Positions 10,061-18,646 of a stretch of 53,303 nucleotides of DNA are shown here, piece after piece. The position numbers and the translations under genes are program-made. This DNA is from a virus (Duplodnaviria > Caudoviricetes), in the IMG/VR virus record IMGVR_UViG_3300014656_000004, positions 1 to 53,303 of that record; one strand, given 5' to 3'. The notes beneath the pieces are model-generated. The model did not search any database, was not told the origin of the DNA, and was given only the letters and a program-made list of their open reading frames with translations. The number at the start of each line of letters is the position of its first letter. Positions within the stretch are counted from its first letter, which is position 1.

Positions 10061-11463
10061 TTATTTATTTTGGGGTCTCCTTTTACGACATGCTGCGGCG
10101 GCAGCGTCAATAATACTCTGCCTGCGTTCATCATTATGAGGAATAACCTTAGTAACCTCCGCAGGAATATTGTCGATGTGTAGGGGGATGGGATGGATAC
10201 CTTCAACTGCTGCAATTCGGCGAATCGCTATTTCACAGTATTCCGGCTCTTTCTCAATACCGATGAAGTTGATTCCTAATTCCTTACAAGCCATCCCTGT
10301 TGTACCTGATCCAAGAAATGGGTCAAGAATAATTTGTTCTGCGGAGGGCATTTTCAAAAGAGTACAGAGATATTTCATCAAGGCAAGAGGTTTGACCGTT
10401 GGATGTGTGTTGGTTCTGATTGTTTCTCCACGTTGGTAAGGATTGTCAATTGGGGTTTGACGACCATCATTTACTTTCTCTCCAGATTTATTTTCCAACC
10501 CCAGATTGCGTTCTCGTTTTGAAGTTTTTGCACAATAGAAAAATCGGGAAGCACCGCCGGAATCTTTGTGTCCTTGGGTATTCCCACCCGAAACACCAAA
10601 CATGCCAATACCTTTACCATCACCTTTATTCTTACGAAAACTGCTCGGCGTTTTTCCACTCTGCTCATCCAGCATTTCCCCCGCTTCTTTGTCCAAAATT
10701 AAATTGGCGGGCCAGCGACCTTGATGTTCTTCGGTTATTCCTCCTTCAAACGCTGTTCGCCATCTTGGGTCTGGTTTGCCTCTAACCTGTTTTGGAATTA
10801 TCTCTGTCCCAATTCTCCCCCCTTCAATATTCAAACCTGCAACTCCATACTTTTCAGCATTATCAGCAAACGAACCTTCTTTTGGTTTCATACAAACCAA
10901 AATCGGCTCCCAAGCTGGTTTTAGGGCGGTGCCGTAGCCTTCCCATTCGGATTGACCTTTTGTAATATCTGGATGTGTTGTTCTGCCACTTTGACATTTT
11001 CCTTCACTTGCTCTTTCTGCTTCATCACTTGCTTTATAAGGTGATATAGAAATCCACTCTCTTTTATTCCCCCGCAATTTGTCTATCGCCTTCCCAATAT
11101 TATGAGACTTCGGAAACCCACTCCCATACAACCACATCATACAATCCCTAATTTCCCAACCAGCATCTTCAATAGCACAAGCTAATCGGTGAAAAGTACG
11201 AGTGCCGCCGAAACAAAGAAGGAACCCTCCGGGTTTGGTGATTCGGAACATTTCTTTCCACATTGGGACATTATAAGCAATTCCAGAGGAATCCCATTTT
11301 TTTCCCATAAATCCCAATTCATACGTCACGGAGGGTCGGTGACTATGGCACTAATACTGTTTGAAGGCATTTTTCGCACTACCTCAAAACAATCGCCACA
11401 AATCACACGACCCACATACTCCTTCAAGTCCGGTTGTGTCGTTTTAGATGGCATTTTAGACAT
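10061..11463 (-). pseudogene. N6A/N4C DNA methyltransferase (beta class), interrupted in the DPPY motif by a 5-nt insert with an in-frame TGA; pseudogene or recoded gene
   Basis: Upstream 45-aa ORF 11463-11326 (ICGDCFEV...IVTDPP*) plus downstream YELGFMGKKWD...GFPKS...HPTVKP...DPFLGSGTT. Confidence 0.88.
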
Positions 11464-11484
11464 AACGTTATCAAGTTTCCTTTC

Positions 11485-11784
11485 TTATTGTTGTTCCTCA
11501 TTTAATCCCATGTGTCCGGTTATTAGTTCCCACAAGAGAGTTTTGGGGAATTCCTGGGGGGTTATTTTGAAGGTTAGTCGGGAATTGCCACGATGTACGT
11601 AGAATTCTTCTTTTTTGAAATTCATTTCGATTGTATCTCCGAAATCTATGGATGGGATTGTTGGGATGTAGAAAAAAGAGAAACTGGGAATATATCGGGA
11701 ACGCACGACTACCACACAATGGGACTCATCGTGATTGTAACATTCGACCACAATTCTCGTTTCAGTTTTACCTTTGGATTTCAT
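11485..11784 (-). CDS. Hypothetical protein
   Basis: ORF directly after a consensus promoter, probably near-leaderless. Confidence 0.6.
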   Translation of the reverse strand: MKSKGKTETRIVVECYNHDESHCVVVVRSRYIPSFSFFYIPTIPSIDFGDTIEMNFKKEEFYVHRGNSRLTFKITPQEFPKTLLWELITGHMGLNEEQQ

Positions 11785-11790
11785 AGTTAT

Positions 11791-11819
11791 ATTTTAACAT
11801 TTCCTCCGCAGGAAGTCAA
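11791..11819 (-). promoter_or_regulatory. Promoter TTGACT-N17-TAAAAT with the motif in the spacer
   Basis: TTGACT tCCTGCGGAGGaaatgt TAAAAT. Confidence 0.8.
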
Positions 11820-11841
11820 GTGTTTTTTAGTTATATTCTTT

Positions 11842-12516
11842 CTAAAACCCCGAGTTGGTGTTATTTATAAATTGTACTATATTCATATTAGCATTATCTG
11901 CATTTTTCTTTATCCTTTTCATACAAGAGACAATATCTATTATCATATCTTCTTTGGAAAATATTATAGATTGGGAAGAAATTGGTGTTCCAATTTTCGT
12001 ATTTGAATTATTAAGTTTTTGGAGTTTACGAGGATCAATTTGCATAATTGCTCTTATAAAATCATATTTTGAATCTAACTGGTTTGCACATTGCATCAGC
12101 ATATTAATACTCATCCCCGCACGAGCCATTCTACAGGTAACTAAAGAGGGGATATAATTTTTGCAGGCTTCGGGCTTATTATTATGGATAAGACATTTTT
12201 TATTATAGGAGAGAAAAGGACATCCTTGATGTGTACGGAATACATAGGGATATTTATTGCGATTGATCTTTACACTTTGAGGAACATCTCTCATAGGAAT
12301 CATAATTTCTTTTAGACGAGGTTCACGTTCAATATCTTCTGTAGTGAGTTCTACAAATTGATCTCTATGGCAACAGGCTCCACAATTTTCACATTCTAAA
12401 GAAACAGTGCACATTTTTAAGTTAAATTCTGCTATGGCTCTCAAATTTAACGATTTCTGTAGCGTTTTGTGTCTTCTTTTAATTTTTCGCCGTTTCTTCA
12501 TTTTAGTTTCTTTCAT
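11842..12516 (-). CDS. YkgJ-like CxxCxxCC (Fe-S/Zn cluster) protein
   Basis: CENCGACC...CPFL...CLIH..KPEACKNY. Confidence 0.85.
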   Translation of the reverse strand: MKETKMKKRRKIKRRHKTLQKSLNLRAIAEFNLKMCTVSLECENCGACCHRDQFVELTTEDIEREPRLKEIMIPMRDVPQSVKINRNKYPYVFRTHQGCPFLSYNKKCLIHNNKPEACKNYIPSLVTCRMARAGMSINMLMQCANQLDSKYDFIRAIMQIDPRKLQKLNNSNTKIGTPISSQSIIFSKEDMIIDIVSCMKRIKKNADNANMNIVQFINNTNSGF

Positions 12517-12545
12517 TTCTCTTTTTCAGGTTTCATATTTGGTAT

Positions 12546-12574
12546 ATTTTAACAAACCCTGCGGAGGAAGTCAA
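12546..12574 (-). promoter_or_regulatory. Promoter TTGACT-N17-TAAAAT with the motif, in the opposite orientation, in the spacer
   Basis: TTGACT tCCTCCGCAGGgtttgt TAAAAT. Confidence 0.8.
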
Positions 12575-12869
12575 ATGTTTTTTTTATTAATCCCCAAAAT
12601 CTTCGTTTCATTTTTTGCTCCTATATTTGTTACAGTTAATATAATCGCTACAATCAGCATAACCCCCTTCAAGACCGCCACAGGTACTTCCTGTTACACA
12701 TTGTTGGCGGTCTTGGTATCTTCGTATATTAGCATAATAATGCAGAATGACAGCACATTTTGAAACGGGGAAATTTTCAGAATGTGCGTTTTTAGCGAAA
12801 TATACGAAGGCACCAAGGCCGCCAATATTGTGTGACAGGAATCTCTTGAGTCAGATAAAAAGCTCATTT

Positions 12870-13931
12870 TCATGCCCTTAAAGCCCACTCCCATTTACCA
12901 TCCCCGCCACCTATGCCCCCTATTTTAGTAGATTGGATTCCAAGTTTGCTCTTGATTCGTTCCAATGTTCTTTTTGAGAAACCCATCTGGAGACCTACAT
13001 TGAATATTTCGTTGGCTGGTTTAGGGCCATCGGAAAGATATTCTTGAAGCCATTCGGTGGCAGCATCTTTTTTCGGGGAGCGTTTCTCAAATTTTATTGG
13101 GGCCAGAAGCTCCTCGGCGGAGGTGTGGATAGTTTCAGGGGAGAAGGCACAGTAGGGGGCATCGGCTGTTCCGCCGTCGAAGGTTGGAATAGAGGTGCTC
13201 ATTATCGTGAAAGACAGACCAGTGGGATTTTTGGATAAATTTCCTTTTGAGGGAACAAAAAGACGCCCAATTTCATTTTCAGGGTCTTGGTGGACTAACC
13301 AGACGGCTCGCACGGCGGCAGTAAAAGCTATTGACCCTAAGACACGGTAGTTTGCAGTTTGAGTCATTTGGTTTTTGTTAAGATGGGTGATGCCGATAAT
13401 GGCTATGTCGGCATTCCTGGCGAGGTCGGCAAGGGGAGTGAGGTATTCTCGGACTTCTGCATTTTTGTTTTCATTTTTGCCTTCCATATAGGCGGAGATA
13501 GGATCGATGATTACTAATTTTAAGTCCGGCATATCTTTTACTGTTTGAATCAAAACATCTAAATCTCTGGTTAGGTTATAGAGACCATGCCGTTTTCCGA
13601 TTTCATCGGTGTATGAAGAAAGAGAGCAGATTTTTGCCAAATCCGCTTGGGCGGCCATTAATCTTGGCCCCACTGTATCAGATAAATCATCTTCGGCAGT
13701 TAGGATGAGTACTGAGGCTGGGGTTCGGGGTGTGGAAGTATCTATCCAGGGGCGACCTGTTGAGACTTGGGCAGCTATATATAGAGATAAGAGAGATTTT
13801 CCCTTGCCTGGGTCACCAACGATAAGTGATATTTTACCAAGAGGGATACGGTTTGGCCAGAGCCAGCTTAACTTTTCCATTTTAAGTTCCTTAATGGGAT
13901 GGGGTTCAGGTTTTTTTATTAGATCTTTCAC
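12870..13931 (-). CDS. AAA_25 / RepA-like SF4 helicase, no primase domain
   Basis: WLWPNRIPLGK, Walker A GDPGKGKS, VIIDPI, HLNK, GSIAF. Confidence 0.88.
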   Translation of the reverse strand: MKDLIKKPEPHPIKELKMEKLSWLWPNRIPLGKISLIVGDPGKGKSLLSLYIAAQVSTGRPWIDTSTPRTPASVLILTAEDDLSDTVGPRLMAAQADLAKICSLSSYTDEIGKRHGLYNLTRDLDVLIQTVKDMPDLKLVIIDPISAYMEGKNENKNAEVREYLTPLADLARNADIAIIGITHLNKNQMTQTANYRVLGSIAFTAAVRAVWLVHQDPENEIGRLFVPSKGNLSKNPTGLSFTIMSTSIPTFDGGTADAPYCAFSPETIHTSAEELLAPIKFEKRSPKKDAATEWLQEYLSDGPKPANEIFNVGLQMGFSKRTLERIKSKLGIQSTKIGGIGGGDGKWEWALRA

Positions 13932-13944
13932 AAGAGGTTCCTAA

Positions 13945-13992
13945 AAATAAGTGGGGCCGGAAGGCGGACGCGGAGAAGGCAAACCGGCCCCT
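13945..13992 (-). terminator. GC-rich hairpin plus U-rich tract in the helicase leader
   Basis: GGGGCCGG...CCGGCCCC followed by ACTTATTTTT. Confidence 0.6.
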
Positions 13993-14086
13993 ATGACGGG
14001 TTGTGGCCCGTATTTGAAATGCGTATGATTGCTTCATCCACCTTTTTCCTGGCTCATAAGTCGAATATCCGACTCCGCTATTGTGT

Positions 14087-14114
14087 ATTATACCAGAAAT
14101 GGAATTGATGTCAA
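14087..14114 (-). promoter_or_regulatory. Promoter TTGACA-N16-TATAAT for the helicase
   Basis: Consensus hexamers with extended -10 TG. Confidence 0.72.
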
Positions 14115-14122
14115 GAATTTTT

Positions 14123-14434
14123 TTAGGGGTTTTGAAAAACATCTACTATAGAAATACCTTCTGATTGTATTCCCGTACATATTATCAAAGCTCCTATAGG
14201 AATATTTATAAATTCTGTGGGAGAATCATCTTCTGGTTTATCTGGAAATCTCTCACTAAGGCCATTTAGAATCAGGTAGTAAGTACACATCCATCCTTGG
14301 TCATTATAACGAGCAACCAAACCTTTGAAGTCCTGTCGCCACAGACGAGCTTTTTTATGAGGATACTCCGGCTGTATTTTCAAAATAAAATGCCAAATAT
14401 CAGGATGGGTTTTTTCTGTTATTTCTTCAACCAT
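14123..14434 (-). CDS. Hypothetical protein
   Basis: ORF directly after the promoter at 14441-14469. Confidence 0.6.
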   Translation of the reverse strand: MVEEITEKTHPDIWHFILKIQPEYPHKKARLWRQDFKGLVARYNDQGWMCTYYLILNGLSERFPDKPEDDSPTEFINIPIGALIICTGIQSEGISIVDVFQNP

Positions 14435-14440
14435 AAAAAC

Positions 14441-14469
14441 ATTATAACAAATCGTGAAATCAAAGTCAA
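14441..14469 (-). promoter_or_regulatory. Promoter TTGACT-N17-TATAAT
   Basis: Near-consensus hexamers and spacing. Confidence 0.78.
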
Positions 14470-14579
14470 GAGATTTTGGGGGGTTTTGAAAAAATTTTTT
14501 GGGAAAGCTCCTCCGCAGGATTGGGGGGATTATGCCAACTGTGGGGATTGAGGGGGTTGGTGGTTTATAAGGAAAACTT

Positions 14580-14890
14580 ATACTGCGTAAATTTCCACTC
14601 GGTTCGAGGATTTGCTTGACTGGGAATTTTTTTTGATTCCTTGCAAGCGAGGTCTTTGACCTAATATTTTAGAACTTTCGCAGGGGCCGACAGGGGGGCT
14701 GCAATCGACGATGTTATCGGACACCACAGTTATCGGACTGGGGATTTCATACTGGAAACGTAGGGATTATTGGCACTGTCCGATAATGCGACTACACTAA
14801 CCCTAAACCCTTGTCGGAAATGGACTTAGTTATCGGACATTTAGTTATTCAGACATATCGGACGTGATGGGACACTTGGTTATTCATACA
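14580..14890. repeat. Non-coding repeat cluster A: 22-mer plus TTATCGGAC iteron-like repeats
   Basis: GTTATCGGAC at 14713, 14729, 14829; inverted copy at 14778; variants at 14844, 14856, 14879; ATACTGCGTAAATTTCCACTCG at 14580. Confidence 0.85.
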
Positions 14891-15037
14891 AAAAAAGCCC
14901 TCATACCAGGCATGAAGGCATATATCCTGCGGAGGAGGACAGCACCGGCCTTGGTGAAAGTGAACATTTTGTGATGTTATCTATTTTGTTTTCCGGGGGC
15001 TATAACCACTAACCTTAAATTCTACCTTTTAGAACAC

Positions 15038-15085
15038 CTACTACATATAGTATGCCTTCTTTTTGGCCCATACTACATATAGTAT
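15038..15085. promoter_or_regulatory. Tandem NrdR-box-like palindromes
   Basis: CTACTACATATAGTAT (15038) and ATACTACATATAGTAT (15070), 32 bp apart. Confidence 0.6.
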
Positions 15086-15087
15086 AG

Positions 15088-15324
15088 TCATTTAAGCTCA
15101 TTGGTTTCCACAAACCAGGCTCCACTCTCCTTTTCTGCTTTATACTTATCCTCCTCCAACTGATAAGTCTCTTGGCTGATTTTCCCCACAATAATAGCCG
15201 GAAGAGGCATTACTCTTTGTTCATAATAAGCAGCGGCACTAATCCCATTGCAGCCTCCTGCACTAATCAGCATCCCTACCACTATTGACACAATCAATAG
15301 CTTTTTCATTTTGTTCCCCTTCAA
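15088..15324 (-). CDS. Small lipoprotein
   Basis: MKKLLIVSIVVGMLISAGGC signal peptide and lipobox-like Cys. Confidence 0.7.
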   Translation of the reverse strand: MKGNKMKKLLIVSIVVGMLISAGGCNGISAAAYYEQRVMPLPAIIVGKISQETYQLEEDKYKAEKESGAWFVETNELK

Positions 15325-15329
15325 TAAAG

Positions 15330-16028
15330 TTACTTTTTGCTTTTCTGGTATTTTGCTATCCTTGCCACGTGCTCAAGAAACTCCTTTTGAGAATAAGCCA
15401 ATTTCATTCGATTACACATTGCACAACAAGCCACAACATTCCCTTCCACATATCCTCTGGAGTTATCCACACGGTCAATTCCCTGATAAATATATTCACC
15501 ATGTTGCCCCTTATCTTTACAAATATTTGAAGGCTTCGCTCCGCAGTAGAAGCATTTCTGTCCGCATAGTTCTCGAAAATATTTTCGGGATAGTTGAAAG
15601 TTATAATTCCGCTCTTTTGCTCCATTTTTGCAGTTTCTAAGTATTCTATTAAAACCTGATTCCCCAAATGGGAGTCTACGCAAACAACCACAGGATTTCA
15701 CGTTTCCTTTTTTTAGACTTCCTCTGGAGACTATTTTAATTTTCTTGCAATCACACTGACATTTCCAAAAAGACCTCCCCTGCTTGCCATAACCTGCTTG
15801 TTCTAATACTACTAACATTCCAAAACGTTGTCCAACTAACGAAGATTGTTGAAGACATCCACAAGACTTAGTGTGTTCACTTCTTAGATGATAACCTGCT
15901 ACTATTTTAATCGTTCCACAAATACATTGACATTTCCAGATAGATCTGTGGTATTTGTCCATGTGGTCAAACCCCAATACTACAAGTCGGCCAAATCTCT
16001 GTCCTGTCAAATCTAATCGTTTGCCCAT
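15330..16028 (-). CDS. HNH-type endonuclease-like protein with two DLTGQRFGRL...WKCQC...SCGC repeats
   Basis: Repeated Cys motifs plus CFYCG...GIDRVDNSRGY..GNVVACC..CN. Confidence 0.8.
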   Translation of the reverse strand: MGKRLDLTGQRFGRLVVLGFDHMDKYHRSIWKCQCICGTIKIVAGYHLRSEHTKSCGCLQQSSLVGQRFGMLVVLEQAGYGKQGRSFWKCQCDCKKIKIVSRGSLKKGNVKSCGCLRRLPFGESGFNRILRNCKNGAKERNYNFQLSRKYFRELCGQKCFYCGAKPSNICKDKGQHGEYIYQGIDRVDNSRGYVEGNVVACCAMCNRMKLAYSQKEFLEHVARIAKYQKSKK

Positions 16029-16063
16029 CTTCCTCCCTCACAATAAAGTTATCATTTACTTTG

Positions 16064-16306
16064 TTACTGAAGCAATTGGACCTCAAGATCAAGCCGAGCG
16101 GCAATTGCCAGATTTTGCTCGGCAAATGCCTCAAGCTGTGATGCCTTACCAGCACAAACCTCCTCCTGACCTGCGTAAATTGGATGTTGTGCTTGTCGCA
16201 TGTGAGCAGCGGCGTATTCTTTTTGCCCCGCCGCCAAAGATCGCAATCTCGCTGCCTCTTCTCTTTTTTTTGTGACTTCCACATTATTGGCTTGTTCTTG
16301 TGTCAT
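16064..16306 (-). CDS. Hypothetical Ala/Gln-rich helical protein
   Basis: GAGGT RBS before ATG. Confidence 0.7.
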   Translation of the reverse strand: MTQEQANNVEVTKKREEAARLRSLAAGQKEYAAAHMRQAQHPIYAGQEEVCAGKASQLEAFAEQNLAIAARLDLEVQLLQ

Positions 16307-16373
16307 TTTTTACCTCACTTTCCGGCCTATTGACCTATCTCACAATAAAGTTATCATCTATCCTTCTTTTGAG

Positions 16374-16499
16374 TTAACGTGCTGATACCACTTTCTTAAA
16401 CAACCGTAGATAATCCCGATACATCTGATTAGCTTGTGTCTGTGTGATGTATCCCCACAAGACCAGCTGACGTAATCTGTCTTTTTTGTATTGCTTCAT
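16374..16499 (-). CDS. Small hypothetical protein (41 aa, MKQYKKDRLRQ...)
   Basis: Translated by hand; strong GAGGAGG RBS. Confidence 0.6.
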   Translation of the reverse strand: MKQYKKDRLRQLVLWGYITQTQANQMYRDYLRLFKKVVSAR

Positions 16500-16621
16500 A
16501 GTTTTTCCTCCTCTTTCATATTAGGCAGATATATGCCAATACCACAAGTAAAAGCATATATCATGCCGGTATGTTGTTAAATAGTGTATTTCATTTTCAA
16601 ATCCTCCAAAACTCTATATAC

Positions 16622-16650
16622 AGTATAACCTATTTTCTCCCACAATGCAA
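16622..16650 (-). promoter_or_regulatory. Promoter-like TTGCAT-N17-TATACT
   Basis: Paralogous to the cassette at 18383-18411. Confidence 0.55.
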
Positions 16651-16774
16651 ACAAAAAAGCCCACAAATAAAGATTTTTTCCTCTAACCTGCGGAGGTAAA
16701 AGAGGAAGGCCCCGGTTATCAGTGTGTGGAGGGCACTAACCGGGACCTCGTTGAAGTGAGCATTTCCTACAAAG

Positions 16775-17089
16775 TTATTCCAGTTTACCGTTTTCGATAC
16801 AATCCCGTTTCGATCCTTTCGATATTGTCCACAGTATGGGATAATTATTTTCCCGTTCATAATGAAATTGTGCATTTACATCCCGATACTTCGCTGGCAG
16901 CCACTTTGCTTCTGCCATCACTGTTAAGGCAGTTTGCTGATAATGCTCGCCATAACCGTATTGAAAAGGTCCAACAACAATAGCCCCATCTCGATTTCTG
17001 TAACATCGGACAGAATGATAAGTATTTCCATTTACTTTATCAAACCATTTTACCGCAATAACCATAAATTTAATTTGTCTCGTTTTCAT
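16775..17089 (-). CDS. Hypothetical phage protein
   Basis: WFDKVNGNTYHS...FQYGYGEHY motif; RBS present. Confidence 0.75.
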   Translation of the reverse strand: MKTRQIKFMVIAVKWFDKVNGNTYHSVRCYRNRDGAIVVGPFQYGYGEHYQQTALTVMAEAKWLPAKYRDVNAQFHYERENNYPILWTISKGSKRDCIENGKLE

Positions 17090-17234
17090 AGGTTTTTCTC
17101 CTCTTAAATTCCGCCGCCAAATTTCGTTTCACTTGTGCCACAATCTTTTTGGCGTTCTTTAATCCTGCCATACACAACAAATCCCTCGTGATGTTTTCCG
17201 CCATTTGGTCTAAATTCACCCTTGTCAATTTCAT
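17070..17234 (-). CDS. Small hypothetical protein (start MKLTRVN)
   Basis: GGAGG RBS before ATG 17234; promoter at 17280-17308. Confidence 0.65.
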   Translation of the reverse strand: MKLTRVNLDQMAENITRDLLCMAGLKNAKKIVAQVKRNLAAEFKRRKTYENETN

Positions 17235-17279
17235 TTTCAATCCTCCAAAAAAAGTTAAAATCCACAATCCACTACGCAA

Positions 17280-17308
17280 AGTATAACATATTCCCCCGGC
17301 CAAGTCAA
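17280..17308 (-). promoter_or_regulatory. Promoter TTGACT-N17-TATACT
   Basis: Near-consensus hexamers and spacing. Confidence 0.72.
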
Positions 17309-17452
17309 CCATAAAATGCTAATTATTAGAAAATATCCACAATTTTTTTACCCCTCCGCAGAATACCCCTCTTTCCTGCGGAGGTCCCCCAGAAAAATAT
17401 CTGTCTCAAATCCCCCACACAAAACAGAATCCAAAACCCGCACAAGAGGAAC

Positions 17453-17488
17453 CAAAAAAAGCCCGAGAGATATACATCGCCCGGGCTT
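17453..17488 (-). terminator. Intrinsic terminator
   Basis: AAGCCCG...CGGGC stem followed by a run of seven T on the minus strand. Confidence 0.7.
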
Positions 17489-17672
17489 CGTGGGAGGAGG
17501 AAAATGACATTTTAACGGTTTTTCTCGGCGTACCGAACGCCAATTACCAATAGCCACCCAAAACCCAATGCTACAATCCCCAGCAGTGGCAATCCAAATC
17601 CTAACCCATATAATATCAAATCTTTCATTTTTCAATCCTCACTTTCAAAATATTAAAGTTTGTTTTTCTTCA

Positions 17673-17861
17673 TCAATCGTTATTAACCGTTCCATATCTG
17701 GCCCTATCACAAGTCATATTTTTACCTACAGCATAACCTAACATTCCGTTATATTGAGCACCAACCATACAACGAATACGTTTTTCATACCAATCAGGTT
17801 CTTTGTGGTCGGCACAATCAGAACATTTAATATCGCCTTTTTTAGCTTTACGATAATTCAT
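17673..17861 (-). CDS. Small Cys-rich protein
   Basis: MNYRKA...CSDC...C...C. Confidence 0.7.
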   Translation of the reverse strand: MNYRKAKKGDIKCSDCADHKEPDWYEKRIRCMVGAQYNGMLGYAVGKNMTCDRARYGTVNND

Positions 17862-17876
17862 TTTTCATATTTCCTT

Positions 17877-18203
17877 TCAATCCTCACTTTCTATTTTGTG
17901 TAATTCGCATATAGGATAACCGTCTTCCTCCGTTAAATAAATGTGCTCCTCGTCACCGTCAATAGTGATTTCAGCCTCCAATGCCCCCGGGTTCAATTCC
18001 CCAGCCTCCACCAATGCTGCCAATATCTCTTTATTTGACGGCACAAAATCGGTAAACTGTCCGGGTTTCCCTTTGTTATACGTTTTCGGCATTGTCGGAA
18101 CCACAAAATCCCTATTGGCACAATACCTATCATTTAGGTCGAATCCCTCTTCTTCGTTTCCCCAAACATCATAAAGCCATAATTCGTAACTGTTGTTTTT
18201 CAT
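17877..18203 (-). CDS. Acidic hypothetical protein
   Basis: YDVWGNEEEGFDLND motif; GAGG RBS. Confidence 0.75.
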   Translation of the reverse strand: MKNNSYELWLYDVWGNEEEGFDLNDRYCANRDFVVPTMPKTYNKGKPGQFTDFVPSNKEILAALVEAGELNPGALEAEITIDGDEEHIYLTEEDGYPICELHKIESED

Positions 18204-18226
18204 TTTCAAACCTCTGCAAGAACGGT

Positions 18227-18355
18227 TTAGCGATAATATGATTCGTCCTCGGTTGGTGGGGGATTGACCCCAGGCGGTAATTCTTTGCTATGATCCCCCG
18301 ACCAGTCGTGCATTACTATTATCATATACATTACAAAAAATATCAAACCTGCCAT
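18227..18355 (-). CDS. Small membrane-anchored peptide (42 aa, MAGLIFFVMYMII...)
   Basis: Translated by hand; GGAGG RBS; promoter at 18383-18411. Confidence 0.55.
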   Translation of the reverse strand: MAGLIFFVMYMIIVMHDWSGDHSKELPPGVNPPPTEDESYYR

Positions 18356-18382
18356 TTTCAAATCCTCCAATAAACTATGTAA

Positions 18383-18411
18383 AGTATAAACTATTCCCAA
18401 ACAAATTGCAA
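18383..18411 (-). promoter_or_regulatory. Promoter TTGCAA-N17-TATACT
   Basis: Correct spacing; heads the small-gene region. Confidence 0.6.
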
Positions 18412-18530
18412 GTAAAAAATCCCTAAAATAAAAATTATTTTTCTCCTCCAGCGGAGGATTTTTCTCTTGTTTTACATTCAGGAAAATGCTATACTGATAC
18501 CGGCACGGATTCCCGCCAGCCCGAAATGGT

Positions 18531-18646
18531 TTATCGGACTTGGCTGGTTATAGGACGCTCCCTGCTTTCCGAGCGATTATCGGACGCAGGATATTATAGG
18601 ACGGAATCCCCCCGCAGCAATCGAATACTGCGTAAATTTTCACTCG
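18531..18646. repeat. Non-coding repeat cluster B: four TTAT(C/A)GGAC copies plus the 22-mer
   Basis: Copies at 18531, 18548, 18577, 18594; ATACTGCGTAAATTTTCACTCG at 18625. Confidence 0.85.

Noticed and set aside
11326-11328. Genome-wide TGA recoding (alternative genetic code)
   Set aside because: Other genes are full length in code 11, and simple read-through would leave the methyltransferase out of frame
12694-12894. ORFs 12694-12894, 13906-14142, 16630-16875 and 17348-17635 as genes
   Set aside because: They run across promoters, terminators or leader hairpins and lack convincing RBSs or protein-like features
14713-14890. CRISPR array
   Set aside because: Repeats are only 9-10 nt, irregularly spaced and partly inverted; no cas operon; the Cas4-like nuclease sits in a recombination module
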